64,000 nt of DNA from an uncultured Lentisphaerales bacterium (GTDB taxonomy: Bacteria > Verrucomicrobiota > Lentisphaeria > JABSQK01 > UBA12247), in assembly GCA_943788985.1 (NCBI GenBank), contig CALSSJ010000023.1, forward strand, positions 32,001 to 96,000, given 5' to 3'. This document shows, one piece after another, positions 39,530-51,400 of the stretch (its first letter is position 1; each line of letters begins with the position of its first letter). The notes below the pieces were generated by a model. It was not told the DNA's origin and did not search any database. It saw only the letters and a program-made list of their open reading frames with translations. The translations under genes and the position numbers were made by a program.

Positions 39530-40729
39530 TCAGGGACTGAGTGCTGGCAATGAGTCATTGCCTTCAAAGTTCTTTAGTGCTCGGACAGTGCGGAATTTCG
39601 TGTCCAGCATGAAAAGTGCAGTCCGGCCGCCCACGGTCCGGGCACAGACGATGTGCCGCCCGTCCGCTGCCCAAGTGGGCTCCTCCCAGTCACCGCCGAC
39701 ATCATCGTGCGCGTATTCGACGACGCGCTGCTTACGGGGAAGGTTCATGTCTACGAAGCCAATGCGATAACTCCGCCCTCGGCGCTGCGCGAAGCAAATG
39801 CGGTTGGTAAGTGGGCACCAGTCCGGTGAGACAGCCTCGTTGGTGTCCACCATGATCTTCTCTGCGGGGCCACCATTCGCTGACATCACATACAATGTGG
39901 GACGCATCCCGGAGCGATCCGAGACGAAGCAAATCAGGCGGTCGTCAGGAGACCAGCACGGCGATGTGTCCACAATTTTTGAATTTTGGGTAAGCCTCTT
40001 CTTGCCGTCCTGCACTACCCCGCGGGCATAGATATCTACTTCCCCATTCAGACTCAAGCAAAGCGCAGCGTACTTTCCGCTGTTGGAAAGCGATGCGTTA
40101 GAGTTCAGCCCGCGCTCACTCGAGAGCGTCCGCTGCTGCATGGTACTCGTATCCACGAGGCGAACCTGATTGGCGATTAGTGAGTAGCTTGTGTAGGTAA
40201 GGAACTGGCCCTGCGGCCCCCATTCCGGCTCGACGCTTAAATGCTGATTGTAGGTCAGCTGCCTCGGGCCTGCGCCATCGAAGTCCGCCAGCCAGATTTC
40301 CTTCACGCCTGCTCGTTCCTTTACGTAGGCCAGCTTAGCATGGCAAGGGCCCGCCTTCGCATCAGGAAAGGTACGAGTGATCAACTCGTCAACCGCGGCG
40401 TGGACCACATGCTTAAGCGCCACCTCCGTGGCGGCATTCTTGCGAAACGCAAACAATTGCTTGCCGCCGCCAGACAGACGAAACACCAGATCATGCTGCC
40501 CAGTTGCGCTGTACTCGACGGCCAGCGCGTAAGTCGATCCGCCAGCCCCCGGCGTGAACCAGTCCGCGTAAAGAATCGCGTCGGACACCGCCCTGTCCAC
40601 ATCGGCATTTCCGGACGATTTAATGCTAATGGTTGGGTTACCTGTGGCATCCGCAGCCGCTTTGTCTACGCGAATTTCATTCGCGTAGACACAATAAGAC
40701 AGTGACAATACAAAAAGAGCGCGAATCAT
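39530..40729 (-). CDS. tolB: TolB-like periplasmic beta-propeller protein
   Basis: Signal peptide, N-terminal alpha/beta domain, EIWLADFDG, PCWSPD..ICFVSDRSG PD40 repeats. Confidence 0.75.
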   Translation of the reverse strand: MIRALFVLSLSYCVYANEIRVDKAAADATGNPTISIKSSGNADVDRAVSDAILYADWFTPGAGGSTYALAVEYSATGQHDLVFRLSGGGKQLFAFRKNAATEVALKHVVHAAVDELITRTFPDAKAGPCHAKLAYVKERAGVKEIWLADFDGAGPRQLTYNQHLSVEPEWGPQGQFLTYTSYSLIANQVRLVDTSTMQQRTLSSERGLNSNASLSNSGKYAALCLSLNGEVDIYARGVVQDGKKRLTQNSKIVDTSPCWSPDDRLICFVSDRSGMRPTLYVMSANGGPAEKIMVDTNEAVSPDWCPLTNRICFAQRRGRSYRIGFVDMNLPRKQRVVEYAHDDVGGDWEEPTWAADGRHIVCARTVGGRTALFMLDTKFRTVRALKNFEGNDSLPALSP

Positions 40730-40852
40730 GAGCGGTGGGAATTCCAAAGCAGGAGGTGGTTGCGGCGGCACGACGACTCCCGAATGGTAATACGCGCAGG
40801 CGGTTTGTAAACCTATTTGTGCGCACACACTCCTCTGATGACTCGTCAGAAA

Positions 40853-41932
40853 TCAGGTTCCGAAATAGCGGTCCCCATAATCCCCCAAGCCCGGCACGAT
40901 GTAGGCATTCTCATCCAGTCGCTCATCGATTGCCGCTGTGATGATTCGGACTTCCGGCGCGATACCGCGAAGTCGCGCGATACCTTCTGGGGCCGCAACG
41001 ACACAAACAACGGTTACCGTCTTGGCACCAGCCTCGCGCAGCGCGGTCAACGAGTCGCACATCGAGCCTCCCGTAGCGAGCATCGGATCCAAAAGCATCA
41101 CATGGCAATCTGCCAAATTGGCAGGCAGCTTCTGGTAGTAAGCACGCGCCACGGCTGACTCCTCGTCACGCTCCAAACCGATAAAGCCAACAGCCGCGTT
41201 GGGCACCAGCTCACGCGCTGTCTCAAGCAACGCCAGGCCTGCCCGCAACACGGGAACCAAGCAAACCGGGTGCGCCAGAGTTCGCCCGACGGCCGCCGAC
41301 AGCGGCGTCTGAATCTTTCGTGGTCGTGTCGCCACCTCTCGCAACGCCTCGGCAGTAAGCAGTGATGCCAGCCGTACGGAATTCTCGCGAAAGTCTGCTG
41401 GGCCGGTCGCGCGGTCACGCAGAATAGTCAGAGCGGCTTGGGCCACCGGATGATCGACTAACTTTACTCCCGCTATTGCGACCCCAGAGTTGGCCGTGCC
41501 GATGTCTTCCTGCCAGAGTTCCGGGTTACCGGCTATGAACGCCGACATCATTGCCACACAGCCGTCATCATCTAGGTTGGTGACCTCTACCCCTCCATCA
41601 CGCAGCCAGTCGAAATCTCCCCCGAAAGTTCGCGCCTCTCCAATTACAACACGCCCAATTCGAAACTGCCTAATCAAACCACTGCAGTAAAGACAAGGGG
41701 CCAATGTGCTAACCATGGTCGTGTCACCGTAGTAGCCAATACGACCGGCACTGCGAAACGCATCGGTCTCTCCATGAATCGAAGGGTCGTTCTGCTGCAC
41801 GCGGCGATTTCGTCCGCGGCCCAACAGCCTGCCGTGTCTGTCGAACAATGCTGCTCCAATGGGGATCCCCCCCTCAGCCAAGCCCTCTTCAGCCTGCTCA
41901 ATTGCCACATCCAGCATCTCCAGATCAGTCAT
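40853..41932 (-). CDS. upp: Fusion: yeast-type (CDA-fold) cytosine deaminase + uracil phosphoribosyltransferase
   Basis: N-terminal GGIPIGA, HGE, PCLYC, WQEDIG; C-terminal VPVLRAG, GLERDE, LLDPMLATGGS, YIVPGLGDYGDRYFGT in one frame; GGGAG RBS before ATG 41932. Confidence 0.88.
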   Translation of the reverse strand: MTDLEMLDVAIEQAEEGLAEGGIPIGAALFDRHGRLLGRGRNRRVQQNDPSIHGETDAFRSAGRIGYYGDTTMVSTLAPCLYCSGLIRQFRIGRVVIGEARTFGGDFDWLRDGGVEVTNLDDDGCVAMMSAFIAGNPELWQEDIGTANSGVAIAGVKLVDHPVAQAALTILRDRATGPADFRENSVRLASLLTAEALREVATRPRKIQTPLSAAVGRTLAHPVCLVPVLRAGLALLETARELVPNAAVGFIGLERDEESAVARAYYQKLPANLADCHVMLLDPMLATGGSMCDSLTALREAGAKTVTVVCVVAAPEGIARLRGIAPEVRIITAAIDERLDENAYIVPGLGDYGDRYFGT

Positions 41933-42047
41933 CTCTCCCCTACCTTGCCAATTCTGAGCCTTTACGACCCCCATAACACGAAGCAGCCCCGCACTTAACG
42001 ACCCGCTCACACTTGATGGAACCGCCAATCATTGCAACCTTTTGGGC

Positions 42048-42818
42048 TCAGATCTGCCCGCGAAGTTTCGCCCAGACCAGGCCGAGGTACTCGTGCATTG
42101 CGGTGTTCGCACGCTGGAAGCCGCGGGGGCTTGGAAAGAAATAGCCCGGACTAAGACTGAATCTCTGCCCGGTAAGAAAGTTTGCCGGCGAGGCAATAGG
42201 TGCGAGGCCCTGCTTCCGGAACAAGCACATCGCTCGAACCATGTGCGAAGCACTCGTCACCAACACGAACGGCTCCGTGCCAAGGTGTTCCGTGAGATTA
42301 ACGGCTTCCTCGTAGGTAATCTTCGAGCGCCCGTCCACAATGATCCGGCTCTCCTCGACACCAAGATCCAGCGCTGCTTCCGCCAGAATCTCCGCATTCG
42401 GGGTAATTCCGAATACTGCGCCTCCGGATACAATCAGCTTTGCATCCGGTAGTCGCCGTAATTGTCGAATCCCCTCAACCAGTCGTGCCAAGGTCACAGG
42501 GTTCAACTTTGAGGTCGCGGCGAGACGCGAATCCATCTTGTGTGCGCCACCCAGCACCACGACGAACCTGCAATCCCCCTCCACCGGCTGAGTCAACGGC
42601 GGATGTTGCCACTCCAATACTTGCAACATCCAGCCAGCTACAGGGCCTATACTCAGCAGCACGGTCAGCACACAAGCAACCGTGACAAGCCAACGGCCAA
42701 GCCGCCTGGTCCGCTTCCTCCATAGCAGGATCGTACCGACGACCAAAAGAAGGACCACTGCCGACAGCGGATACAGCAAATGTCCCGCAATCTTCTTGAT
42801 GACAAATGCCCAGCCCAT
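42048..42818 (-). CDS. DUF218 / ElyC-YdcF family envelope protein
   Basis: VVLGG, RLVEG, VSGG, LVTSASHMVRA, HEYLG. Confidence 0.88.
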   Translation of the reverse strand: MGWAFVIKKIAGHLLYPLSAVVLLLVVGTILLWRKRTRRLGRWLVTVACVLTVLLSIGPVAGWMLQVLEWQHPPLTQPVEGDCRFVVVLGGAHKMDSRLAATSKLNPVTLARLVEGIRQLRRLPDAKLIVSGGAVFGITPNAEILAEAALDLGVEESRIIVDGRSKITYEEAVNLTEHLGTEPFVLVTSASHMVRAMCLFRKQGLAPIASPANFLTGQRFSLSPGYFFPSPRGFQRANTAMHEYLGLVWAKLRGQI

Positions 42819-42824
42819 TAGGCC

Positions 42825-43997
42825 TCAGCTCCCGGTTCCAGACAAGCCTTCAATTGAGGCCAGCGCATTGGCTGTCCAAGTATGATGCGCAAGACAATCA
42901 CTGCGGGCCTGTACACCAGTCCTGGCACGTAGACCCGGGTCTGCGAGATAGCGCAGCAACGCCTTCTCCAGGCCGTTTTCATCCTCTTGGTCAAAGAGCA
43001 CTGCATTCTCCCCATCTCGCAGCACCATCTCGATCGGCTCAGTTGCGGGCGCTACCACCGCTCGCTCGAGGGCCATATACTCGAATAGCTTCAGCGGCGA
43101 CCGATAGGCGTTGCTCTGGGGAATAGTCGCAATGTCCATAGCGCAGACATACTCGGCAATCTCCGCCCGAGTCACCGCCCCCGCAAATACTAAATGGTCT
43201 CGCACACCGACCTCCGCCGCTTGCGCCTCTAGCTCTTCCTGAAGAGTCCCATCTCCAACCATCAGCAGCTTCGCGTCGTAGCCCTGGTCCCGCACCCGAG
43301 CCAAACCAGAAACGAGGCCCGGAAGGTTATGCCAGTGTACCAGCCATCCCACAAAACCAATCACCACTGACGACCCTAGGCTGAATTTCTCACGTACCCG
43401 TTGGCCACCTCCAACCTCGGAAAACGCCACTTCATCAATCGCATTGGGAAGCACAATCACCTTTCCTTCCTCGATACCAAGTTCCACGATGCGGCGCTTC
43501 AGGTGTGGAGAGACAACCACAACTCGATCAGCACGGCCAAGCAAGAACCGATCAGACCACAACGCAACAGGCTTCAACAATGGCTGCTTCCGAATTCGTT
43601 CGTCACAGACCAACTCATTCACCTCCACCACCAAAGGAATCTTGAAGCGGCGTGCCAGCAATGCCGTAGAAAACAAGAAGAACGCATGCCGCTCGTAGAT
43701 CAGATCGTACTTCTCAGCCTCAAGCAGACCACGATTGCGCCACCAAGCTGCGAGATTGTAGCCAACCTCCATGAATTCAAAGAGAAATCCCGGTGCGCGG
43801 GCCGCGAGCCGACTCAACAGGCCTCCGCCTTCCTTTCCACTAAATGGTGTGCTGCCTTGACTCTCGCGTGGGTCCACCCCCGTTGGGCTCGATAACTCAA
43901 TCTCGTAGCCAAGCTTCACGAGCGCATTCGCGATCCCCGCAATATGCACACCCTCACCACCCGTCCCACGGGTCCGAAAATGGTACAAGACCTTCAC
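42825..43997 (-). CDS. Glycosyltransferase family 4
   Basis: GEGVHI, IYER, VLPNAID, SPLKLFEYMA. Confidence 0.92.
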   Translation of the reverse strand: MKVLYHFRTRGTGGEGVHIAGIANALVKLGYEIELSSPTGVDPRESQGSTPFSGKEGGGLLSRLAARAPGFLFEFMEVGYNLAAWWRNRGLLEAEKYDLIYERHAFFLFSTALLARRFKIPLVVEVNELVCDERIRKQPLLKPVALWSDRFLLGRADRVVVVSPHLKRRIVELGIEEGKVIVLPNAIDEVAFSEVGGGQRVREKFSLGSSVVIGFVGWLVHWHNLPGLVSGLARVRDQGYDAKLLMVGDGTLQEELEAQAAEVGVRDHLVFAGAVTRAEIAEYVCAMDIATIPQSNAYRSPLKLFEYMALERAVVAPATEPIEMVLRDGENAVLFDQEDENGLEKALLRYLADPGLRARTGVQARSDCLAHHTWTANALASIEGLSGTGS

Positions 43998-44021
43998 GAA
44001 GTCAGCGTGCTCAGCATACCG

Positions 44022-44453
44022 TCACGCCTCCGCTGGCCCATCCTCGAGCCCTCCCACTAATTCCACGTGCTCTCGCGCCTCTGTCCATGCCGCAAGGCGA
44101 GCGTCGCAGGTCAGAATTGTGGCACCACAGACCCGTGCCGTCGCCACAATCCAAATGTCGTTGTCACCCAACTCTGGATACAATGCAGCAAGATGTCCGA
44201 ACTCATGAAGTACATCAGCACTCAAATCCACGACAACAAAACTCTTCGAAGCCTTCAGAAGCCAGTTATCGTCCCGATGACGCCACCCCGCTGCAGTTGC
44301 GTATGCCAATGCCTCTCCAAGAGAAACCGTACTTACCAATGGGCGAGAAGGACTGGTAGCGAGTCCGTAGCGCACATCCAACTCGCGCGCCGCATCCCGC
44401 TGTCGCAGCAGCAGTAAAAACACGTCAGTGTCCATGAGCAGGGGACCGTTCAT
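44022..44453 (-). CDS. PIN-domain (VapC-like) ribonuclease toxin
   Basis: LMDTDV, SLGEA, DNDIWIVATA, ILTCD acidic PIN motifs. Confidence 0.88.
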   Translation of the reverse strand: MNGPLLMDTDVFLLLLRQRDAARELDVRYGLATSPSRPLVSTVSLGEALAYATAAGWRHRDDNWLLKASKSFVVVDLSADVLHEFGHLAALYPELGDNDIWIVATARVCGATILTCDARLAAWTEAREHVELVGGLEDGPAEA

Positions 44454-45385
44454 ACTCCCCCCAACCTTCGGATGCCGGCAAGAATCTCCTCGTCCCCTTC
44501 CACGCCGGGCCAGCCTGCCAGATCGACCGACGGCTCCAAACGGAGAGCCTGAGTATGCATAGTCTTCCTTCCAGCGTGCGCCTGCGGCACCACGCTGAAG
44601 AACTGCTCGCTCTCCTCAGCCTTCCTCATCAACTTCGCTTCGACACGAAGCAATGCACCAGAGGGCCGGAAGATTGCCGTTCCCTCAATTACAATACGCC
44701 CTCCCCAAAGCTTCCCCAGCTGAGTACGATCGGCTGGCAACCAAAGACCGTGTAGCCGCTCCCCGCCATGCAAGGTCATGATGAAACTTGCATCGCTGGA
44801 TCGGATGGTATCCAAAGATCCCATTACACGACTCGCAACCGGAGGAGGGGTTTCCTTCGACAACTCAGCTGCCTGCTTCAGCACGTCAGCGTTCACCGTT
44901 AACGCCTCACGTCCCTGCAATCGCCCACCTGAGATAGTGACAGCCTCAACACCGTAGCGCGAAAAGCGGCGCAATGACGCAACGCGGCGCAGAAGCTGTG
45001 CGTCGAACCGTCTGCTATCTACCAAACGCGCGGCTACATCACGCATTACCGAAGCCAGCACTTCGAAGCCGGTCTCCTCGGGATCGGGCGGTGTCCAGAA
45101 CAGGGTGGGTTGCCGATAGTAAGATGCTGCAGTTTCGCCAAATGCCTCGGTTGCAAACGACAGCTCAGCATTGCCTGCCTGCACGTCCGCTCCAACAAAA
45201 CGAATAGCAGCTGCAGCCTGCAACCAATCAGGACTACCTTTGAGGCTGCTCCGAAGTTGAAATGCCATCGCGACTGAGCCAGCGATGCTGGACTCGGCCC
45301 AGCGAATCACCTCAGCAATTCCGCCCGGCGAAACAACTTCCCCTTCGGCGGCCTGAATTGAAAAGACGTAATGGGATGTAGCCAT
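44450..45385 (-). CDS. Hypothetical 311-aa protein translationally coupled to the PIN toxin (putative antitoxin/partner)
   Basis: ATGA overlap; acidic C-terminal WPGVEGDEEILAGIRRL helix. Confidence 0.7.
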   Translation of the reverse strand: MATSHYVFSIQAAEGEVVSPGGIAEVIRWAESSIAGSVAMAFQLRSSLKGSPDWLQAAAAIRFVGADVQAGNAELSFATEAFGETAASYYRQPTLFWTPPDPEETGFEVLASVMRDVAARLVDSRRFDAQLLRRVASLRRFSRYGVEAVTISGGRLQGREALTVNADVLKQAAELSKETPPPVASRVMGSLDTIRSSDASFIMTLHGGERLHGLWLPADRTQLGKLWGGRIVIEGTAIFRPSGALLRVEAKLMRKAEESEQFFSVVPQAHAGRKTMHTQALRLEPSVDLAGWPGVEGDEEILAGIRRLGGV

Positions 45386-45390
45386 AACAG

Positions 45391-45424
45391 AAAAAGCCCG
45401 CCACGCAATGTGGCGGGCCCTTTT
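45391..45424. terminator. Rho-independent terminator after the giant gene (possibly bidirectional)
   Basis: AAAAA-GCCCGCCAC-GCAAT-GTGGCGGGC-CC-TTTT. Confidence 0.85.
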
Positions 45425-45443
45425 CAGGTTCCTGAGCTCAGGA

Positions 45444-48400
45444 TTACCAAGTCAGTGAGGAAGGCTCGTCCACGAAGATCCAGTAGCCAATTCCTGGTTC
45501 CAAGGTCGCTACTGTCACGTAGTCGTCGCCGACCTGCTTCCTCGCGATCGCACCAGCCGGTACGCTTACCGGAGCACCGACGCCAACCACATTCCAGCCC
45601 GTGGTCAGCGCCACGGATCCGGATGCGGCGGCTGTACCAACGACCAACAAGCTCGTCTCCGCGCCCGGGTTAAAAACCCAGTAGCCAGCGCCCACCTCAA
45701 TGCTCGAAGCAGCAACCTGCTCGCCATTGAGATAGGTGCGTACACTGTCCGCAAGATCACCGAATACGGCAGCCGGACTGACGTCACTTGGCGCGACCGG
45801 TGTGCTCACCAAGTTCCAACCACTTGCGAGCTCGATCGTCGCCTGGGCAGCAACGGCCTCGCTTCCGCCAGCGGAGCGAGCAGTACCAGTCAGCACCGGA
45901 CTTGGCTGATCTGCGGGAAAACTCAACCCGGTACCAACGGCGCGAATCGGTCGAGGCCCATCTGCATTCGGCGTGATGGTGCTGTAGCCGACGCGCATTC
46001 CGGTGGAACGGACGTTAACCACCGAAATCGTGAACAAAGAGTCGTTCGTCCACGTTCCAGTCATGTCAGCGTCCAACCCATCACTGAAGTCGAACAGATC
46101 GTGAATGATCGGTGCATTCCAAGTACCAACGAGCCCTGGTGGCGTGTTCGTCACTTTGTCGAAGTCGATCGTCAGGGTATCCCCATCGGTAATCGTCCCG
46201 GATCCGTCGCCAGTACTGCCAAACGCCGTGATAACAGGCTTGGGCGCGGCGGCTGGGATGTTGGCAACCGCATCCTGCAGGGTACCTACCAGGATACTAC
46301 CACGAACACGCAGGGGATAGCCAATGCCTGTCGGTGGTGTGTAGCTGTGGAGTGGAGCCCCACCGTTCTTAGACACGCTGTATGTCCCACCAGTCAGCGA
46401 GACCGTGATATCATCGCCTTCCGCATAGGTGCCAATGTGGCGTGTGTAGCGCCCTGGTGGTGTGTGGTAGGTGTGTAGAGAGCCGCTCCCCTCAAGGGTG
46501 ACACCAAACTCGAGCGTGTTCACATCATGGTATGGCCCGATAACCAAGTCCGTCTGCGAGGTGAAGCCAATGGCCCTAATCTCGTCGGTCCCGGTAGCAG
46601 TGATCGTGATGTCGGCGTCTCCAGCGACCAACAGCGTACTACTGTGGGCACCAGCCTTCCAGAGACCGTCACCAAGTGCGAAGCCAGTACGGGCAATAGT
46701 ATTCTCCGTCGCAGTCACATCCTTCTGAGCAATCCAAACAACCTTATTGACCACACCGAAGTCGCCAACCATCAGCGGTGATGGTGCGTCAGCAGCACCA
46801 AGGGCCGGGCCAACCGCATCCAAGATCGGTGTCGTTCCAGTCGGCTTCACACGGAGCTGCCCAACTTGAATCCCTGCAGCATTCGTCACATCCGATACGA
46901 TGATCTGGAAGGTTTTGTGGTCGAGCCAGCGACCGTTGTAGGCCGTGCCCAAACTGACGATGCCGCCGTTGAAGGGGTTTTCAAAGGTGAACAAGGCGTC
47001 AACTCCAGCCTGGCCAACGTCGCTGCCATCATGGCCGCCACGGTCGGTATCCTGAGCAAACTTAATCAGCAGGAAGTCGCCACTGTTCCAAGCCGCAACG
47101 TCATCGTCGAAATCACCCGCTTCCAAGGACTGGAGGATCGGACGGTTGGTCCAGCTGACCCGTGGGTCATAAAGCGTGGATCCCGGCGTTCCGATGTTGG
47201 CGCAAGCGCTGACTGGATAGTCAGCATCCACAAGAACACGGCTTGAGGTGTAGACCCGAACGCTATTCACTGTCACATAACGCTGGGTGCCTGCATACTC
47301 GACCCGAACGACGTCATCCTCCGCCAAGGTTGCCACGTGCGGCCGGACCGTCTGACCGTTGTCAATCACAGCCAGACTGCCGGTCGCAGCCAGCACATGT
47401 GCCGCTAGATCATAGGCCTGCAGACTTACGTCGCCTGTTGCTTCGACATCAGCAGTTCTGATGGTCTTTACGAAGCCGAATGCCAAGGCAGCGTTCGGAT
47501 CGTCGATCGTGAACTGTACGAACCCGTCCCCGGCCCGTAAGCGAGGAGCTAGAGCAACCTAGGCCACCCCAGATTGATGCGCCCGCATTGCCAACCAGAT
47601 TGTTATCGCCGTCGATAGTCGCGTCTAGTACTCCAAACCACGGTATCGGATAGCCGTTATCATCCGAGGCAAACAGCCCCTGCAGAGTCGCGAATCCGTT
47701 CGCCGCTGGGCTGAAGTTTGTGGGGATCTCTTGAGTGATAGGCAGTGTGCCCGCAGCAGTCACTGTCGTCACACCAGACTCAAGTGTCGACCCAAGCTCA
47801 TCAGAAACCGAGATCACGTAGGTCAAGTTGTCTGCCCAGCCCCCCGTGTAGGCAGCGCCCAAGGCTGCGTCGAAGGTCCAAATCTGATTGATCACCGTGG
47901 CATTATGAGGGGCAGCACCACCGGGCTGGCTGCCAGCAACACTCAAAGTAAGAGTCAACAGGAAGTCAAAACCACCACCTACGTCGGTCTGCACGAAGCT
48001 TACCAATTCTGGTGGCGCAGAGATGATTGCGTTGTTGATCGCCTGACTGTTGGTTTCGTTCATGTATGCATTTGCGTAGAACGGAAGATCACGATCCACA
48101 TTCACCGCTGGGCGCTGACTAGTGTAGCGCACGACGCCGTTCACCAAGTACTGAATCGATTGCGTGCGAGTTAGCGCTACCCGAATGGTGTCCCCTTCGG
48201 CCCACGACCCAAACGTCCCAACCTTGCCGAGATTTTCCCAGACCTGGAACAGTCCAGACCCTGCAAGCTGTGCGCCGAACAAAATATTCGTAGGCTCAGC
48301 ACTTGTGTCATCTGCACTGAAGCCAAAGATCGTGTTTCCACCAAGTGTGCCAGCAGTAAACTCAATGTAGGAATCCGAACGAGTGCCTCGAGCGATGCAT

Positions 48401-51400
48401 TGCGCTGACACAGCGCCAGTTGGGCCGTTGAGATTTGAGGAACGCGTCAGGGTGTTGTCAGTGGCCAAGCCATTCACAACATTGTTCCACTGAATTTCTT
48501 CACCAGCATTCCGGAACTCACCGTAATCACCAGTGGTGACCGGACTTGCTGTCACCCAAGCCTCAAGTGCCGTGAAGCCGAATGGTGCGATGAATGTTGT
48601 GCCCGGATGGATCTGCACATCACCGATCGATGGTGTGCTTCCGCCTTGTGTGTTCAGCACGCTCATCACAAACACGCTGTTCGAAGTCCATGTACCGGAC
48701 AGGTCATTACCGTAGCTCGCTGTAGCACCGACTGACGTCCGAAAGACGAACAAGCTATTCACTGTCGCGTTGTCCAAATCAGCTCCGGCCCCAGTTGTCG
48801 CCTGGTCGAAGGTGATCGTCAGCGTATCCCCCACACTTAGCAGATTGGCGCTCGGGTCAGCATCATCGACGTCATCCCACACGGCGCTTACAACAGTCGG
48901 TGCGATTGCCAGTGCGGGATCACCCATCCGAACTTCAGTAAGCGATCCATTCGCAGTGAAGATTCGAGCGAAGACTTCCAGCGGGTACCGACGGCTGTCA
49001 AAATCGGCCGTGTGGCGTGTCTCATCATTGACCTGATACAAGACACTCGAGCCAACAATCCGCACCCGCACGATGTCGCCCAGACGCACAGTGCCGAATG
49101 TTCCTGGACTCTCGCCGCGAACTCGGGGTACGAACAAATTGTGCTGACCGGAGAAGTCAAGACTGTAGTCAAGCGCGGGATCACCGATCTCTCTCCAGCC
49201 CAACTGGAACGTAGTTCCCAAGTCCGTAATGCGGATTTCGACGAACGTGTCTCCTTCCAGAACTACTTGGGTGCTGTCAGCGAACGCATCATAAAGATCG
49301 AGCGCGCTGGTCTTGTTCAGAGTCCCGCTGCCGCCATCGGTGGTGTTGACGGAATTCTCCCATGTCACTGCAATGCCAGCTTCGCGGAACTGGCCGAAGT
49401 CGCCGGTTAGCGCCACTGTGCCGTAGTCAACCGTTGCATATCCGCTGGTTGCGGCAGCGTTGGTAATCTGAGTTTCACCAGCAATGCCGAATAGGGTGGT
49501 GTCCAATACCAAGTTGTGCCCTGTCGAGTCCGTCAAGGTTATGACGAAATTCGACGCATCGGTCCATGAACCGTCGTAATCCGCACCCAGCACATTGGCA
49601 GCACGGGAGCTTGCCGTTGAGGAGGTGAAGAGCGCATCGATTGCTGCTTTGTCCTGATCCACCCCAACACCGCCAGGCGCGTTGCTTGCCTCACTAAGGG
49701 TAAGGGTGATCGTGTCTACTCCGTCCACTGACCCGTTTGCGTTGTCAGCATCGTTAGCGATTGCAGACACCAGCGTTGGAGGAGCCACCAGGGTATCATC
49801 TCCGATGTAGCGCACATTTGACAGCGTGCCGTTCTGGATCGATGTACCGATGTACAGCGGCCGTAAGGTTACAGGCAGTGCCAGCGTAGAAGTAAACACT
49901 ACGGTGTTGTTCTTCAAGTAGCTGACTGTAGTTCCAGACAGCTGGATACAGAACACGTCGCCTGCAACGTACGTTCCTAGTGATGGGCCAGTCGAGGTAC
50001 TGAGCACGGGGATCTCCGGCGCGGTCCGCTCACGGACCCAAACCTGCTCCTGTCCGAGCCCAAAGGCATACATCAGATCGTCGGGATGCTCGACATCAGA
50101 ATCGTTCGTAATACCAATGACCGCGCCTGCGAGGGTGTCTTCAGTACGTCCGTTTGGCTCGAAGTCGTCTTCGATGGTAAAAGTGACCGTCAGGTCGCCG
50201 TAGGCGAAGGACTGTGTCGATGTGGCGCCAGATAAAATGCTTGGCACGACATTAGCAGCTGTGATATCTGCCCCGCTGGCCGTCATCTGATGGAGATTCG
50301 TCCAAGTGACTGGCGTGGACCCCAATTTGGTCGTGCCGAAGCGGCCGGTCAACACTGGGCTCCGCTCGTCCGAGGCAGCACTTGCAGCAGTCGCATCCTG
50401 TATTGCGGTGCCGCCTAAATTCGGTACCACAGTCGTGACGCCGATCCTAATGTTCGACAAACCACCCGTATCAGTTACGGTTGCACAGTAGGTCGTTGCG
50501 TTGGCCCACGCACCACTCAGGGTACCTGGACTTTCGCTCATCGTGAACAGATCATTAAACGAAGCATTCGGTTGATTTGTCTCGATGTTGAAGCTAATCG
50601 TGAACTTATCACCAACACCGTAGACATCGTCCGCTTCAGTCGGATCTTCAATGGCCAGGCCTGTGATGTATGGGCTGGCCGGTACAGTCGGGCAGGTGAC
50701 GACATTAGAGAGCGTTGCGTTGTCCTGCAGCAGGCCGGCCTCTATCCGAAGAGGGTAGTCGTCGCGCAAAACCGGACGGCCCGATGTCGCGAAGACTGTG
50801 CCGTTCAACTTGTAGACAACAGTGGTGCCGACAATGGCCACCTCAACTTCATCGCCAGTCTGATAAGTCACAGTGCCGCCCTTGAATTCCAGAACCCCGT
50901 TGAGGAGTGTATTCAAATAGCCACCGCTGCGAATCCAGACACCATAGATAAACTCTGAGACGCGGTTGTCACGATTGTAGACGTCACCGAATCCCAAGAT
51001 GCGATCGGTGTCCGTTTCAATGATCGTCGTCCGCACAAAGCAGTCGTCACCCGCGATTTCCTGGACCGAGATAGCACCTGCAGTCCAAGCGAGGTGTCCC
51101 TCCTCGTCTACATCGCGAACCAACTCGCTACCTGCAGGATTGGTGACATCGGTTAGATCAGTCCAGACGACGTCGGCGGTGGCGCCAGATCCGGCCACCT
51201 CTACAATGATGGTAAGGAGAGAGCTATCAGTAATAGTTCCGTCACTGACGACCACGTAGACCGTATAGGTTCCTACATCGCCAGCCTGCGGTGTCCATTC
51301 GAAGGCGCCACCTGTCGTAATTGACGGTGACGTGACGCTGGGAGCCGGAGGCGCGAAAGTGCTCAGGCTAAAGGCCAAGGTGTCGGTTGGGTCGTCGCTA

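Noticed and set aside
45444..47486. Separate 680-aa gene or programmed frameshift
   Set aside because: No signal peptide, starts in the middle of a repeat, and one extra base near 47535 explains the split. No slippery heptamer is evident, so a sequencing error is likely.
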